In this document: piece by piece, positions 49,845-61,061 of the stretch | Position numbering within the stretch: position 1 is the first letter of the stretch | Layout of the letters: each line of letters opens with the position of its first letter | Assembly (NCBI GenBank): GCA_048938105.1 | Contig: JBHLMN010000005.1 | Location: 1 to 64,000 of the forward strand | Source of the DNA: Promethearchaeota archaeon | GTDB lineage: Archaea > Asgardarchaeota > Heimdallarchaeia > Hodarchaeales > Hodarchaeaceae | Reading direction: 5' to 3' | DNA length: 64,000 nt | The notes under the pieces: model-generated | Database searches by the model: none | Told to the model about the DNA's origin: nothing | What the model saw: only the letters and a program-made list of their open reading frames with translations | Translations under genes and position numbers: made by a program

Positions 49845-51650
49845 ATGCAAGTCCCCCAGACAGTTTCAATTGATGTTCAACAGAGAGCATATTCTCCAGT
49901 GCCAACAGAAAAGTATCGTTCTGCCACTCATTGGTATTTAAGTTTTCTTTGGCGTAGTCCAGGCCTTGTTTTATTAAGTTTGGGAATTTCTTTAATAAGT
50001 GTGTTTTTAACACTTTTTCCCAGTATCCTTCTTGGACAAGCGTTCAGTATTCTCCAATCTGAAGGATTCTCTCAAACATTTCTTCTTGTTTGTCTAGGAA
50101 TAATCATTACTGCTCTCTTAAGCTTTGGAATCACCTTTATTGCAAATTATTCGTGGACTGTAGCTGCATTTAGATTTGAAAGGGATATTCGGCAAGAGTT
50201 TTTCGACATTATTCAGGAACATTCTATGACTTTTCATGATGAGATTGATAGTAGTACCCTGTTATCCATGGCGATGAATGAAATCTCTCAAATGCGGATG
50301 GGTGTTAATCCTAGTATGCGAATGCTCTCTAGTTCATTCCTGAGTATGATATTTATTACAATCATCTTTTTAGCATTCAATCCTATTTACTTTCTAATTG
50401 CTTTACTTGGATTTCCACTCTATCTTCTCTTAGTGGTTCGATATTCTACTATTATCGGGCCAATTCGAGAGGAGCTTGCCTCAAGATTGGCTGTGGTAAC
50501 ACGGGATTCTCAAGAAATTTTCCGTGGTATCGAAGTTGTTCGAAGTTTCAACCAAGAAGATCAAGAAAATAGACGATTTGCTTCTGGAAGTGCTAATTAT
50601 GCAGATATAGTAACAACAGAAGGACGTTTATCTGCATTCTTTTGGCCAGCACTAGTACTGATCGCTCTAACTGCACTGATCTTCGGTTTAGGATTAATTA
50701 ATTTAGCTGATAATCCTTCTACTATTGATACATTTACTTCATCTGTTTCTATGTTGCTATCACTTCAATTCCTTAATTTCATGCTTCCAATGGCAATTTT
50801 AAATATTCGAGCTGGAAAAGCTAATGCAGATCGCATCTGGTCGAAAATGGCCTGGCAAGATCCAGTCCCTGACACAGCTCAGGAAGGAATTGTTCCTGAT
50901 TGGGGTGGAGACATTGTTTTTGAAGATGTTTGCTTTAGCTATGGAAATTCGTCAAAGCCAGCATTAACGAATATCAATCTCACAATTCCTTCTGGTTCAA
51001 GAGTTGCTGTAATCGGAGGCCCAGGATCTGGGAAGTCAACCTTCCTCAAGTTACTCCTACGCTTATATGATCCCACGGCTGGACAGATTAAAATCAATGG
51101 TATTCCTCTAACAGAAATACCTGCTGCTGAAATTCGAAAAGGTGTCACGATGGTTGAGCAGGAGGTTTTTCTTTTTTCCGCCTCGGTAAGAGAGAACATT
51201 GCTTTTGCTAAACCTAATGCTTCAGATGAAGAAATTATCTCTGCGGCAGAAAATGCTCAAGCTTTAAAATTCATTGAAAAGCTTCCCCAAGGATTTGAGA
51301 CGAGGATAGGAGAACGTGGATCAAAGCTATCTGGTGGACAAAGACAGCGAATTGCGATTGCAAGAGCTATTCTAGCAGATCCAAAGGTCTTATTACTTGA
51401 CGATTCTGCTTCTGCGATTGATTCTAAGACTGAGCTTCTTCTTCGTCGGGCACTTGATATGTTGATGGAGAATCGTACGTCTATTGTTGTAACACAGCGA
51501 TTAAGGACTCTGGTTGAATCTGATTTTATTGTTCTATTTGATAAAGGAGAGATTTGTGCTTATGGGCCTCATGAAAAGATGTTGGAATCGTGTCCTCAAT
51601 ATCAAACGATATTTGAAGCACTTCCAGAAGTTGTAGGAGGTCGATTCTGA
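49845..51650 (+). CDS. Heterodimeric ABC exporter subunit (degenerate-site half)
   Basis: 6-TM plus NBD; Walker B LLLDD and Gln in place of the H-loop His (VTQR); LSGGQ. Confidence 0.92.
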   Translation: MQVPQTVSIDVQQRAYSPVPTEKYRSATHWYLSFLWRSPGLVLLSLGISLISVFLTLFPSILLGQAFSILQSEGFSQTFLLVCLGIIITALLSFGITFIANYSWTVAAFRFERDIRQEFFDIIQEHSMTFHDEIDSSTLLSMAMNEISQMRMGVNPSMRMLSSSFLSMIFITIIFLAFNPIYFLIALLGFPLYLLLVVRYSTIIGPIREELASRLAVVTRDSQEIFRGIEVVRSFNQEDQENRRFASGSANYADIVTTEGRLSAFFWPALVLIALTALIFGLGLINLADNPSTIDTFTSSVSMLLSLQFLNFMLPMAILNIRAGKANADRIWSKMAWQDPVPDTAQEGIVPDWGGDIVFEDVCFSYGNSSKPALTNINLTIPSGSRVAVIGGPGSGKSTFLKLLLRLYDPTAGQIKINGIPLTEIPAAEIRKGVTMVEQEVFLFSASVRENIAFAKPNASDEEIISAAENAQALKFIEKLPQGFETRIGERGSKLSGGQRQRIAIARAILADPKVLLLDDSASAIDSKTELLLRRALDMLMENRTSIVVTQRLRTLVESDFIVLFDKGEICAYGPHEKMLESCPQYQTIFEALPEVVGGRF

Positions 51651-53683
51651 TGGCTCATCGTCGTGGGCGTGGCCCTCATGGGTTCTTCGTCGATACAAAA
51701 TATAAGAAAGCCCGATCCACTAAGCAATTACTTAAAATGTTGTGGGGATATTTAGCTCCTTTTAAGGGGCTTCTTCTTCTTTCAGCACTCTTAATATTTT
51801 CCTATGCTATTGGATCCATCATCTCTCCATTAATAATAAGCGAAGGCTTAGATGCAGCTGTAGAAACAGTAAGTCCTGATATAGATTTTCTTCTTCTTCT
51901 ATTTTTCGTTTTTTTAGCTCTTTCACTGGCAATTTGGTTCTTTAACGCCTTAAACACATATATTCTCGCACGTTTACAAGCCAATATGCTACATAATATC
52001 CGAACTGATGTTTTTGGTCATTTGGTCTCTGCTGATATATCATTTCACAAACAAGAACAAAGTGGGAATGTAACCAGTCGTGTAACCAGTGACACTCAAG
52101 AACTTGCTGTTGGGGTTACTGTTGTTACTAATGCAAGTTCCCAGCTCCTCTTGACTTTTGGTACTTTTTTTCTTCTTTTAGCTACCAGTTGGATTATAAC
52201 TGGTATTGCATTACTCGCGATACCTGTAGCAGCGATTTTAGCCAGTATCCTTGGGACGCTTGGACGAAAAATCATGTATCGTGCTCGAAAATCGTATGGA
52301 GAAGTGTCAGGCCAAATGGCGGAAAGTCTTGCTGGAATTTCAATTGCTAAGTCGTTCAATCGTGAGGAGTGGTCTTCTTCTATTCTTTATGAGCTTAACC
52401 AGAAAACGTACAAATATTTCAAGCAAATGGGTGCCATTTTTAACTTTATGTTCCCTGCAATATCTATGGTTTCCTTGATTCTTGTAGCATTGACTCTTAT
52501 TGTTGGTGGATGGCTACCTGAGTCTTCGATCACTCTTGGATCAATTTATCTCGGAACAATCCTCGTTCAACGATTTTTAAGCCCAATACTTCACATTGCA
52601 ATGTATTACCCACAACTCCAGTCTTCATTAGCTGCAATGGATAGGGTGTCGGATGTTCTAGAGCAAAAACCACAGGTAACAGACTCTTTGAATGCGAAAC
52701 CCCTAGCTTTACAAGATACAAGTGTAACTCTTGATAATGTCTCCTACGAATATGTGAAAGGAACCCCTGTTCTTCAAGCTGTTACTTTCAAGGTTAATGA
52801 GGGAGAAAAGATTGCGATCGTTGGCCACACTGGAGCAGGGAAGACAACGCTAGCAGCTCTTCTCACTCGTTTTTATGATCCCACAGAGGGACAGATCTTA
52901 ATTGGTAATCAAGACTTACGTGAAATCAAGCTAGAAAGCTTACATACATCTATTGGGTTGGTTCCCCAAGAACCTTACCTGTTTGCAGATACAGTCCTAG
53001 AGAACATTCGCTATGGTAATCCAGAGCTGAGTGATCGTGAAATCTACGAATTATGTAAACTCATTGGGGCTGAAGACTTTATTGAAGCCTTACCGAATGG
53101 CTATCAAACAATGCTACAGGAAAGTGGTAAGGGACTGAGTTCAGGACAACGACAGATGATTACTATCGCGCGTACCATGCTTGCGGATCCCAAGATTCTT
53201 GTACTTGATGAAGCCACGTCCCGTCTTGATGCCTATTCCGAGAGTTTAGTACAACATGCACAAATGGCTTTATTTAAAGGTAGAACAACCTTCGTTATTG
53301 CTCACCGATTAACAACTATTCGAGATGTAGATCGTTTAGCTGTTTTTGAAAAGGGAAGGTTAGTAGAGCTTGGCACTCATGAGGAACTTCTTGCCAAAGA
53401 TGGTGTATATGCTGAATTATATCATACCTATTATGCACATCAAGGACTAGAAGAGTTAGCGGAAGTTTATAAAGCTCCTACACCTGAACCAACTTCTATA
53501 CCTGAAGTTCTGCCTAGAGATATGGTAAAAATGATGCAAGCTCATGGTATGAGTCCTGATCGTATGCGTACCATAATGAAAGAAAAGGGAATGGATCCTG
53601 AAGAAATGCACACTATGATGAGAAAAGCGGGATTTAATCCTGAAAAAATGCGTGAAAGGATGAGAGAAAGAGGTTTCAAGTAG
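51650..53683 (+). CDS. Heterodimeric ABC exporter subunit (consensus half) with Met-rich tail
   Basis: GHTGAGKT, LSSGQ, LDEAT, IAHR; overlaps the upstream stop by 1 bp. Confidence 0.92.
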   Translation: MAHRRGRGPHGFFVDTKYKKARSTKQLLKMLWGYLAPFKGLLLLSALLIFSYAIGSIISPLIISEGLDAAVETVSPDIDFLLLLFFVFLALSLAIWFFNALNTYILARLQANMLHNIRTDVFGHLVSADISFHKQEQSGNVTSRVTSDTQELAVGVTVVTNASSQLLLTFGTFFLLLATSWIITGIALLAIPVAAILASILGTLGRKIMYRARKSYGEVSGQMAESLAGISIAKSFNREEWSSSILYELNQKTYKYFKQMGAIFNFMFPAISMVSLILVALTLIVGGWLPESSITLGSIYLGTILVQRFLSPILHIAMYYPQLQSSLAAMDRVSDVLEQKPQVTDSLNAKPLALQDTSVTLDNVSYEYVKGTPVLQAVTFKVNEGEKIAIVGHTGAGKTTLAALLTRFYDPTEGQILIGNQDLREIKLESLHTSIGLVPQEPYLFADTVLENIRYGNPELSDREIYELCKLIGAEDFIEALPNGYQTMLQESGKGLSSGQRQMITIARTMLADPKILVLDEATSRLDAYSESLVQHAQMALFKGRTTFVIAHRLTTIRDVDRLAVFEKGRLVELGTHEELLAKDGVYAELYHTYYAHQGLEELAEVYKAPTPEPTSIPEVLPRDMVKMMQAHGMSPDRMRTIMKEKGMDPEEMHTMMRKAGFNPEKMRERMRERGFK

Positions 53684-53776
53684 TCTCTTTATTTGTTTTT
53701 GAAAATTAGTTTTTACTTAATCAAATAATTTCGATGAAATCAAAAGTAAAATGAGATTGAGAATAGATGATTTCCA

Positions 53777-54687
53777 ATGTCGAGAAAACACAAAATTAAC
53801 CAATTAAAAGTCAAGAAAGAGTTCAGAGAAATTGATGATTTGAAAGAGGTTAATAAAAGTACAATCAAACTGATATTAGAACAGATTAAAACTCAATTGC
53901 GAGAAATGTATTTATTTCCCGAGAAAGTTGATCAGCTTTGTGACGCATTGGATACTGATTATCGAAAACAAGTCTATAATGATATCACTGAACCAGCGAC
54001 ACTTGTTAAAGCCTTAACTAAAACATTACAAAATAATGTGCCAGATAAACATCTCCAAGTTCAACTACCTTCTGAAACATATGGATATCCTGAAAAAACA
54101 CATCCCTTCTATGGTATCGAGAAAGCTGAAATTCTTCCTGAAAATATTGGTTGTATTACTATTAATTCCTTCTTACCATTAGATATATCACAAAATACTG
54201 TTCTTGGCGCAATGCAATTTGTTCGTGACACAGAAGCATTGATAATTGACCTTAGGAAATGTCGTGGGGGTAGTGCGGATTCAGCAAATTTCTTATTGAG
54301 TTATTTCTTCAAAGAAGCTAATACTTTGTTGTTGAAGACATTCAAGTTTGGAGTTGTTGGACTCCATATAAATATGTAAAACCTGTTTATATCTTAATAA
54401 GTAATTTTACGTTTTCAGCAGCCGAGCATTTTGCCTTTGCAATGAAAATTCATAATAAAGCTATTTTAATTGGTTCTAATAGTGGTGGAGGGGCACATCC
54501 AGTCGCTATCAATCTTTTGGAAAGTGGTATTGCTTTAAAGATCCCAATAGGTAGGACATACGATCCAGTCAGTGATTTAGACTGGGAGGGTACAGGGGTT
54601 ATTCCTGATATTGAATGCTCTGAGGATGAGGCCTTAGAAATTACACGAAAGAAAATATTGAAGCACCAATCAGAAATGAGTGAATAA
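53777..54687 (+). pseudogene. Frameshifted S41-family peptidase
   Basis: IIDLRKCRGG in ORF 1. The other frame from ~54340 reads IQVWS...KPVYILISNFTFSAAEHFAFAMK (catalytic Ser codon 54415) and runs into the 54442 ORF ending WEGTGVIPD. Confidence 0.8.
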
Positions 54688-54807
54688 TCTCAAAAATAAT
54701 AGAGTTCCCCATAGTATTATAGCTCCATGATGAAAAGAGATATGTTATCACGGATGAAATTAGCATTTTTCTAATTTAATAATTTTAAAACAACGGAAAC
54801 GATATCT

Positions 54808-56271
54808 ATGGTTAGAAATCATTCTATTAATACTAAGGATTGCTTTGAAGACAAATTGTGGAGATCTGCTGAGAAGTTACGAAGTAATTTGGACGCTTCA
54901 GAATATCGATCTGTTGTTCTAGGATTAATTTTTTTGAGACATGTTTCAGAGCTTTGTAGTGTTAAGGAAGCTTATAACAAAAGGATTTTAATCCCACCAA
55001 CAGCTCGCTGGGGATATTTAAAAGAAAATATCAATAATTCAGAAATAAGTAAACTCATAGATAAAGCGATGGAAGCAATAGAAAGGGATAATCCCTCATT
55101 AAAAGGAGTTTTGCCTAGGAATTATTCACGTAAGGGTTTAGATGCTCAACGCTTAAGTGAATTAATAATGCTAATTGAGACAATTGAATTAGAATCCGAA
55201 ATAAGTAAGAACAAAGATATTCTTGGTAAAGTGTTTGAATATTTCCTAGGCCAATTTGCTGAAACAGAAGGTAAGAAAGGTGGTCAATTTTATACTCCTC
55301 CTAGTGTTGTAAAACTACTGATAGAAATGATCCAACCTTATAAGGGGAGAGTTTATGACCCGTGTTGTGGTTCTGGGGGAATGTTCGTACAAAGCGATGA
55401 GTTTGTTCAGTTTCATGGTGGTAAAGCTAATGATATTAAAATTTATGGACAGGAATCAAATCGTAAAACGTGGAATCTTTGCAAAATGAATCTTGCGATT
55501 CATGGTATTAATGGTGACATTAAATGGGGAGATAGTTTCTCAAACGATTCACATAAGGATCTAAAAGCTGATTATATCCTAGCAAATCCCCCATTCAATC
55601 TTAAAGATTGGAAAGGGGATCAATTCCGTCAGGATGCACGATGGAAATATGGGGTTCCCCCAATTAGAAATGCCAATTACGCTTGGATACAACATTTTAT
55701 TCATCATTTATCTCCGTCTGGAACCGCTGGTTTTATACTCACGAATGGATCATTAAGTTCAACAACGTCCAATGAGGGAAATATTCGGAAGAATATTGTA
55801 GAGGCCAATCTGGTTGACTGTATAGTGACCTTACCAGATAGACTCTTCTATAATACAAGTATCCCTGCATGTTTGTGGATCATAAAACAAAATGATATGG
55901 TTCGAAGAAAGGAAGTTCTTTTCATAAATGCACGAGAATTTGGTGTGTTAGTAGATAGAATTCACAAACAACTTACTGAAAACGAAATTAAACGCATTTC
56001 TGAGACATATAATTCTTGGAGAACTAGAATAGATGAGTATAGAGATATTCTTGGTTACTGTAAGTCAGTTAAAATAAACCAAATTCGTGAGAATAAATAT
56101 ATCTTGACCCCTGCTCGTTATGTTGGAGTACCCATAATAGATGAAGAAGATGCATCTTTCGAAGAAAAAATGGATCAATTACTGACTGAACTTGCTGAAC
56201 AGTTTAAGGAATCAGAGACATTAATAGAAATAATGAGAGAAAATCTTGGTGATCTTGGTTTTGATCTTTAA
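54808..56271 (+). CDS. hsdM: Type I R-M methyltransferase subunit
   Basis: LWRSAEKLR, GQFYTP, YDPCCGSGG, NPPF. Confidence 0.95.
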   Translation: MVRNHSINTKDCFEDKLWRSAEKLRSNLDASEYRSVVLGLIFLRHVSELCSVKEAYNKRILIPPTARWGYLKENINNSEISKLIDKAMEAIERDNPSLKGVLPRNYSRKGLDAQRLSELIMLIETIELESEISKNKDILGKVFEYFLGQFAETEGKKGGQFYTPPSVVKLLIEMIQPYKGRVYDPCCGSGGMFVQSDEFVQFHGGKANDIKIYGQESNRKTWNLCKMNLAIHGINGDIKWGDSFSNDSHKDLKADYILANPPFNLKDWKGDQFRQDARWKYGVPPIRNANYAWIQHFIHHLSPSGTAGFILTNGSLSSTTSNEGNIRKNIVEANLVDCIVTLPDRLFYNTSIPACLWIIKQNDMVRRKEVLFINAREFGVLVDRIHKQLTENEIKRISETYNSWRTRIDEYRDILGYCKSVKINQIRENKYILTPARYVGVPIIDEEDASFEEKMDQLLTELAEQFKESETLIEIMRENLGDLGFDL

Positions 56272-57625
56272 ACCAGGTACTCAATTCAAAGAAACTGAAG
56301 TAGGTACTATCCCTGTTGACTGGGAAATCAAAAAAATCAAACAAGTAGCTAAGATCAATGAATTACAGATCAATCAATCTTTCATTTATAAAGAAATAGA
56401 TTATATTGATACTTCTTCGGTCAAGGAAGGAAAAGTAATAGGAATCAAAAGGATTTCAACTTCTCAAGCCCCGAGTAGAGCGAAAAGAGTTATCAGAGAT
56501 AATGATATTCTTATTTCTACAGTTAGGCCCAATTTGAAACACTACGCGTTCATATTAAAAAGTTCAGGCCAATTAGTGGCATCTACAGGATTTATAGTTA
56601 TTTCTGCGGTACAGATTGATCCCTATTTCTTATATTATTATTTGACCAGTAAGTACTATACGGACTTTTTGACAGCAATCGCGGATACTCATGCGTCAGC
56701 TTATCCCGCTTTTACCCCCGAGGTTGTTGAAAGGTCAGTTATACCAATACCACCTGTTATTGAGCAAAAAAGAATTGGGATAGTTCTGTCGACATTAGAT
56801 AACAAGATTAAACTTAACTTCAAGATAAATAATACCATTAAATCGATAGGTTATTTATTTTTCAAGTATTGGTTTGAAGAATTTAAGTTTCCTAAAATAA
56901 ATGGCAATTTCCACAAATCTAGTGGGGATTCATTTGTAATTGGAGATAATTCATATAATGATGTCCCAAAAGGTTGGCGAGTAGGTTCTATAGGGGATCT
57001 AGTTCAGGTTCAAGCAGGGTTTGCGTTTAAAAGTAAAGATTTCTTGGAACATGGTACTATCGGTGTCATCAAAATAAAGAATATCTCAGAAGATGTTGTT
57101 AATATTAAAGACACTCAGTATGTTTTAAAAGAAACAGTGTCAACTCTAGATGAAAGATTCTCAATTGATTCTGGAGCTATTCTTATAGCAATGACTGGAG
57201 CCAATGTAGGGAAAATTGGAATAGTTCCCAAAACTAATAGAGAGCTATGGTTAAATCAACGAGTTGGTATGTTTAAAGAAAGAGTAGAAAATGGTTTATA
57301 TTTTATCTTCTTTTTATTGTCCAGCAGAAGGTATCAACGGATTTTAAAGAATATAGCTAAGGGTACTGCCCAACCCAATATTAGCAGTTCAGATATTGAG
57401 TCCATAAAAATCTTTCTTCCTCCCAAAGCCATAATTAAGCAGTTTGGTTGCTTCTTTGATCCATTCTTTCAATATATAATCAATAATCTAGATGAAAATG
57501 AAAAATTCTTTGAATTAAGGGAGAGGCTCCTTCCTAAACTGATGTCAGGGAAAATACGGTTAAGAAACAATAACAGTGAGAATCCAGGAATTGAAGAATC
57601 ACTCAAAAAAGGTTTAGTGATTTGA
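56246..57625 (+). CDS. hsdS: Type I R-M specificity subunit
   Basis: IPVDW/VPKGW, PPVIEQKRI, LRERLLPKLMSG conserved regions flanking two TRDs; exact start uncertain. Confidence 0.93.
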   Translation: MVILVLIFKPGTQFKETEVGTIPVDWEIKKIKQVAKINELQINQSFIYKEIDYIDTSSVKEGKVIGIKRISTSQAPSRAKRVIRDNDILISTVRPNLKHYAFILKSSGQLVASTGFIVISAVQIDPYFLYYYLTSKYYTDFLTAIADTHASAYPAFTPEVVERSVIPIPPVIEQKRIGIVLSTLDNKIKLNFKINNTIKSIGYLFFKYWFEEFKFPKINGNFHKSSGDSFVIGDNSYNDVPKGWRVGSIGDLVQVQAGFAFKSKDFLEHGTIGVIKIKNISEDVVNIKDTQYVLKETVSTLDERFSIDSGAILIAMTGANVGKIGIVPKTNRELWLNQRVGMFKERVENGLYFIFFLLSSRRYQRILKNIAKGTAQPNISSSDIESIKIFLPPKAIIKQFGCFFDPFFQYIINNLDENEKFFELRERLLPKLMSGKIRLRNNNSENPGIEESLKKGLVI

Positions 57626-58255
57626 ATGTTTGAATATCAAATAATTGGTCTCTTCTTTGCGATTAATCTAACTATCTATTTAGCTGTATCTCTTCCTTTA
57701 GATTTAGTAACATATCATAGGAATTCCAAAAGTGGAAGAGAACGTTCCGATCAAATTGATATCAAGCCTATGATGATTATTACATTTCTAATTTCTGTTT
57801 ATATGTGGTTAATATTCCTTTTTGTCCCCATTGACGCACTTTTTGCTTTTAATATCATATACATTGCAAATTACGACTTTGATCCTTGGACTTTAATTAT
57901 TCAAATTTTTGGCTTTATTATAGTATTCATTGCCACTTTAATAGCTTCTTGGGGACGGATTTCTCGTGGACGTCGTGCGTTTTCTTGGGGGATTCCCAAG
58001 AACCTTGAAAAAAAAGGAATGTACAAATATATTCGACACCCTCTCTATGCTTCCTATTGTTATTATTTCCTAGGTTTTGTACTAATTCTTCAAAATCTAC
58101 TAATTTTACCTCTCCTAATTGGGATATATGGCTATTATAATTTATCAAAATATGAGGAAGCAATTTTAATTGACCATTTTGACGAAGAATATATTGATTA
58201 TCAAAATAGAGTGGGACGTTTTTTCCCTCGGTTGAGAAGAAGAAACACAACATGA
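57626..58255 (+). CDS. Isoprenylcysteine carboxyl/phospholipid methyltransferase (ICMT/PEMT) family membrane protein
   Basis: GMYKYIRHPLY, EEAIL...Y..Y...V.RFFP. Confidence 0.85.
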   Translation: MFEYQIIGLFFAINLTIYLAVSLPLDLVTYHRNSKSGRERSDQIDIKPMMIITFLISVYMWLIFLFVPIDALFAFNIIYIANYDFDPWTLIIQIFGFIIVFIATLIASWGRISRGRRAFSWGIPKNLEKKGMYKYIRHPLYASYCYYFLGFVLILQNLLILPLLIGIYGYYNLSKYEEAILIDHFDEEYIDYQNRVGRFFPRLRRRNTT

Positions 58256-58286
58256 TCAGGGGGTGTGATTTCACTCATCATGCAAG

Positions 58287-61061
58287 CTAGGGGAGGAAGA
58301 AGGCATCAGGCCATCCCTGATACTCGTTTATCTTATTGTCAATCTCTTCCATCAATATGATTGTTTCTTGAATTACTTTTACTATCTTTCCGAAGAAATT
58401 AACATCATTCTCTGTTAATGTTATGTTCTTGTGGTCTTTTAACCATTTCTGACATACTTGATACCCTCCAATATAAAAACTGTAGACCTCTTTTGGTACT
58501 CCTTTGAAATACTGATTCTCATTTATTCTAATTCTATTATCTGAAGTATATCGCACTCTTTTGATTACTGTGTTTGTAGTATTACCATTTCCTCCTAGTC
58601 TAACCTTGTGATCATTTAATCTCTCTGGCTTCAATAAATGTAGATCTATTAACTCACTTCCCATTTCTTTTAGTTCATAAAATAATTCTAATTTATTAGG
58701 AAAAAGGATTCTTGGGAAGTCGATTTTCAAAAAGTTTTCGTATCTCTTTCGATATTCTTTTGAATGGAGGATGGCATATACATAATAGACAATATCTTTA
58801 GCCGATGGATTGTTATTTATTTTGAATTTTTCTTCTATGAACATCTTAAATCTTTTTGAGAAATTTATCTCTCTCTTAAGACCATTTCTTGTTTTTTTAA
58901 ATAAAAAAAGTGGAAAGATTGGCGCATTATTACCTGGTCGTGTTGCCATGACACCTAACTCTATTATGTCTTCTGTAATCTGAATATCTCTCCAAGGAGC
59001 GGGTCTAGAATTCCTTGATACAATTAAACCTAAATTTTCACCAGTGATCATGTGTTTCATGACTTTATTTCTTGGTCTCTCATGAAATCCTCTTGATTTA
59101 CCCGTATAAAATGTATATCGTATTTCAAATGGTCGATAGTGAATGGGTACGATATTCTTTTCAATGCAATTGCGTAACTTAATCTTAGTCATAGTTTTAT
59201 TTAAGCCATGTTCTCTAAGATCGTAAACAGATTTCTCTAATGCCCATTGTCGTTTGTCTTTCATCAAATTATGTTTTTTTCTGAAACAATCTTCAGGTAA
59301 TAGAATTAGATCTTCAACAATTTCCTTAACTTTTTCTGGGGTATATTGTATTGTGAGCTGATCCTGTCCAGTCATAATTCCTACAGAGTAGATTGGAAAA
59401 ATATCTGTAATTTTCCACCCAGATTTATATTCTACCCATCTTTTCATCTCCAATTGGTAAAACATATACCATGGACTAAATGAATCAATCTTTTTCCAAT
59501 CAATTGTTAAGATATCGTTATTTTTTAGAAATTCATATTTATTTTCTCTTAGTCCCCACAGATCGAATTTGAATATGTCCACATCTCCACTTTTATTTGG
59601 ATTTTTTATGAAAAATGATATGCAAGCTCCTTGTTGGATGTCAAATACATTTTCATCTTTTGATCCATCTGGACACTTTTCTTTCCGTCGTGCATTTCCA
59701 TGAAGATCAAGAATAAAAATATCGGTAAAAGTTCTCATTAGTTGTTGTCTCATACCTCGAAAAGTAGGATTGTCCAGAAAACTGTGGTTAGTAATAAATG
59801 CTAATATACCATATCCTGTCTTCTCTATCCGCCATTGACCAAACCTGATAAACTTTACATAATCATCATTGAGCCACTTAGGATTCTTCTCCCCTAATGG
59901 TTTCCCATCAACCTCAAAATAGTTGGATATCCTAGTTTCATCAGTTACCCTACCTCTTAAAAGATCATCAATCCATTGTGAGTTATTAGCAGAATGACCT
60001 GAATAAGGAGGATTACCTATCACTACAGAGATTGGAAAGTTCATTTTAATTCTATAGGCATCTTCTGCTTCCTTTGAGAAGAATCTAGAAAGTGATGAAT
60101 CCGTGATAAGAGTTTCCCCTCTTTTATAAGAGCCCTCTAAGGTATTAGCTAAATATATTCCTAATCGTGCTTGATTCTGAAAAGTATAACCAGTTTCTCG
60201 TAGTTTTAATCCAAGTTTATAGTGAGCTATTGTGTATGGAGCTATTAATAGTTCAAAGGCAAAAAGCCTTGATAAAAGATTGTTACTAACATAAGAGTTC
60301 CAATTTTGCTGGAATATTTCTTCATTCAAAGTATTATGCTTTTTTTTAAAGAAGTTATATGTTAAGTCAATTATATGGCTTAAAAAAGTACCTGTTCCAG
60401 TTGTTGGATCAAGAATTTGTACTTTCGGTATTTTTTCCCCATTTACAATATTATAAGATTCATCTGCAAGTCCATCCTTACAATTGAAATGTGTTTGAAG
60501 AATCAAATTGACTGAACGAACTATAAATGAAACTACAGTATCCGGAGTATAAAAAACCCCACGATTAATTTTCTGAGATGGATCATAATATTCTAGGAAT
60601 TCTTCATAAAAACGGATTATTGGATCTTCGATATTCTTATTTTTTCCATCTTCCCAGATAACAGAATCAATATCGACATTTTTAAGTATCTGAACTAATT
60701 CATGGATTCCAAGATCTTCTAAACTCATTCTAGGAATTTGATCTTTGCTGAATCTCAATAACCTATTTAGAAAAGGATTGACCTTTGGAATTAAAGATAG
60801 GATTTTATCCAAGCAAAATTCTTTTGATTGGGTAGTTCGCAAAGAAAATAAACCAAGCGTTACCGTCTGAGCATACATGTCTGCAAACGATTCCAACGTG
60901 AGATTATCTGATAATGCGCTTTTTATTTCTTGAAAAATATAGTGAAAATGCCCACTCTCCTCTTCCTTAGAAAATGTTCGGTGTACGTTCCCACGAATAT
61001 TGATAGCAATTTGAGCTAAATTTTTGGAGAGTTCTTGAGAGGTTGTTATAATGTCTTCCAT
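58287..61061 (-). CDS. Type IIG/ISP-like N6-adenine methyltransferase-TRD protein lacking the N-terminal nuclease
   Basis: FADMYAQT, GVFYTP, ILDPTTGTG, GNPPY, DDYVKF, IDFPRI, IGGYQV..KWLK; in-frame TAG four codons upstream of the ATG. Confidence 0.85.
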   Translation of the reverse strand: MEDIITTSQELSKNLAQIAINIRGNVHRTFSKEEESGHFHYIFQEIKSALSDNLTLESFADMYAQTVTLGLFSLRTTQSKEFCLDKILSLIPKVNPFLNRLLRFSKDQIPRMSLEDLGIHELVQILKNVDIDSVIWEDGKNKNIEDPIIRFYEEFLEYYDPSQKINRGVFYTPDTVVSFIVRSVNLILQTHFNCKDGLADESYNIVNGEKIPKVQILDPTTGTGTFLSHIIDLTYNFFKKKHNTLNEEIFQQNWNSYVSNNLLSRLFAFELLIAPYTIAHYKLGLKLRETGYTFQNQARLGIYLANTLEGSYKRGETLITDSSLSRFFSKEAEDAYRIKMNFPISVVIGNPPYSGHSANNSQWIDDLLRGRVTDETRISNYFEVDGKPLGEKNPKWLNDDYVKFIRFGQWRIEKTGYGILAFITNHSFLDNPTFRGMRQQLMRTFTDIFILDLHGNARRKEKCPDGSKDENVFDIQQGACISFFIKNPNKSGDVDIFKFDLWGLRENKYEFLKNNDILTIDWKKIDSFSPWYMFYQLEMKRWVEYKSGWKITDIFPIYSVGIMTGQDQLTIQYTPEKVKEIVEDLILLPEDCFRKKHNLMKDKRQWALEKSVYDLREHGLNKTMTKIKLRNCIEKNIVPIHYRPFEIRYTFYTGKSRGFHERPRNKVMKHMITGENLGLIVSRNSRPAPWRDIQITEDIIELGVMATRPGNNAPIFPLFLFKKTRNGLKREINFSKRFKMFIEEKFKINNNPSAKDIVYYVYAILHSKEYRKRYENFLKIDFPRILFPNKLELFYELKEMGSELIDLHLLKPERLNDHKVRLGGNGNTTNTVIKRVRYTSDNRIRINENQYFKGVPKEVYSFYIGGYQVCQKWLKDHKNITLTENDVNFFGKIVKVIQETIILMEEIDNKINEYQGWPDAFFLP

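Noticed and set aside
49845-53683. Degenerate Walker B, H-loop and signature motifs as a novelty
   Set aside because: Standard for heterodimeric exporters of the TM287/288 type.
54330-54380. Programmed ribosomal frameshift in the S41 gene
   Set aside because: No slippery heptamer or downstream structure, and residues appear to be missing at the junction.
34527-58255. Ste24-like protease + ICMT-like methyltransferase + Rab-like GTPase as a CAAX-processing pathway
   Set aside because: Both families are widespread in prokaryotes, the genes are 22 kb apart, and neither GTPase here has a C-terminal cysteine.
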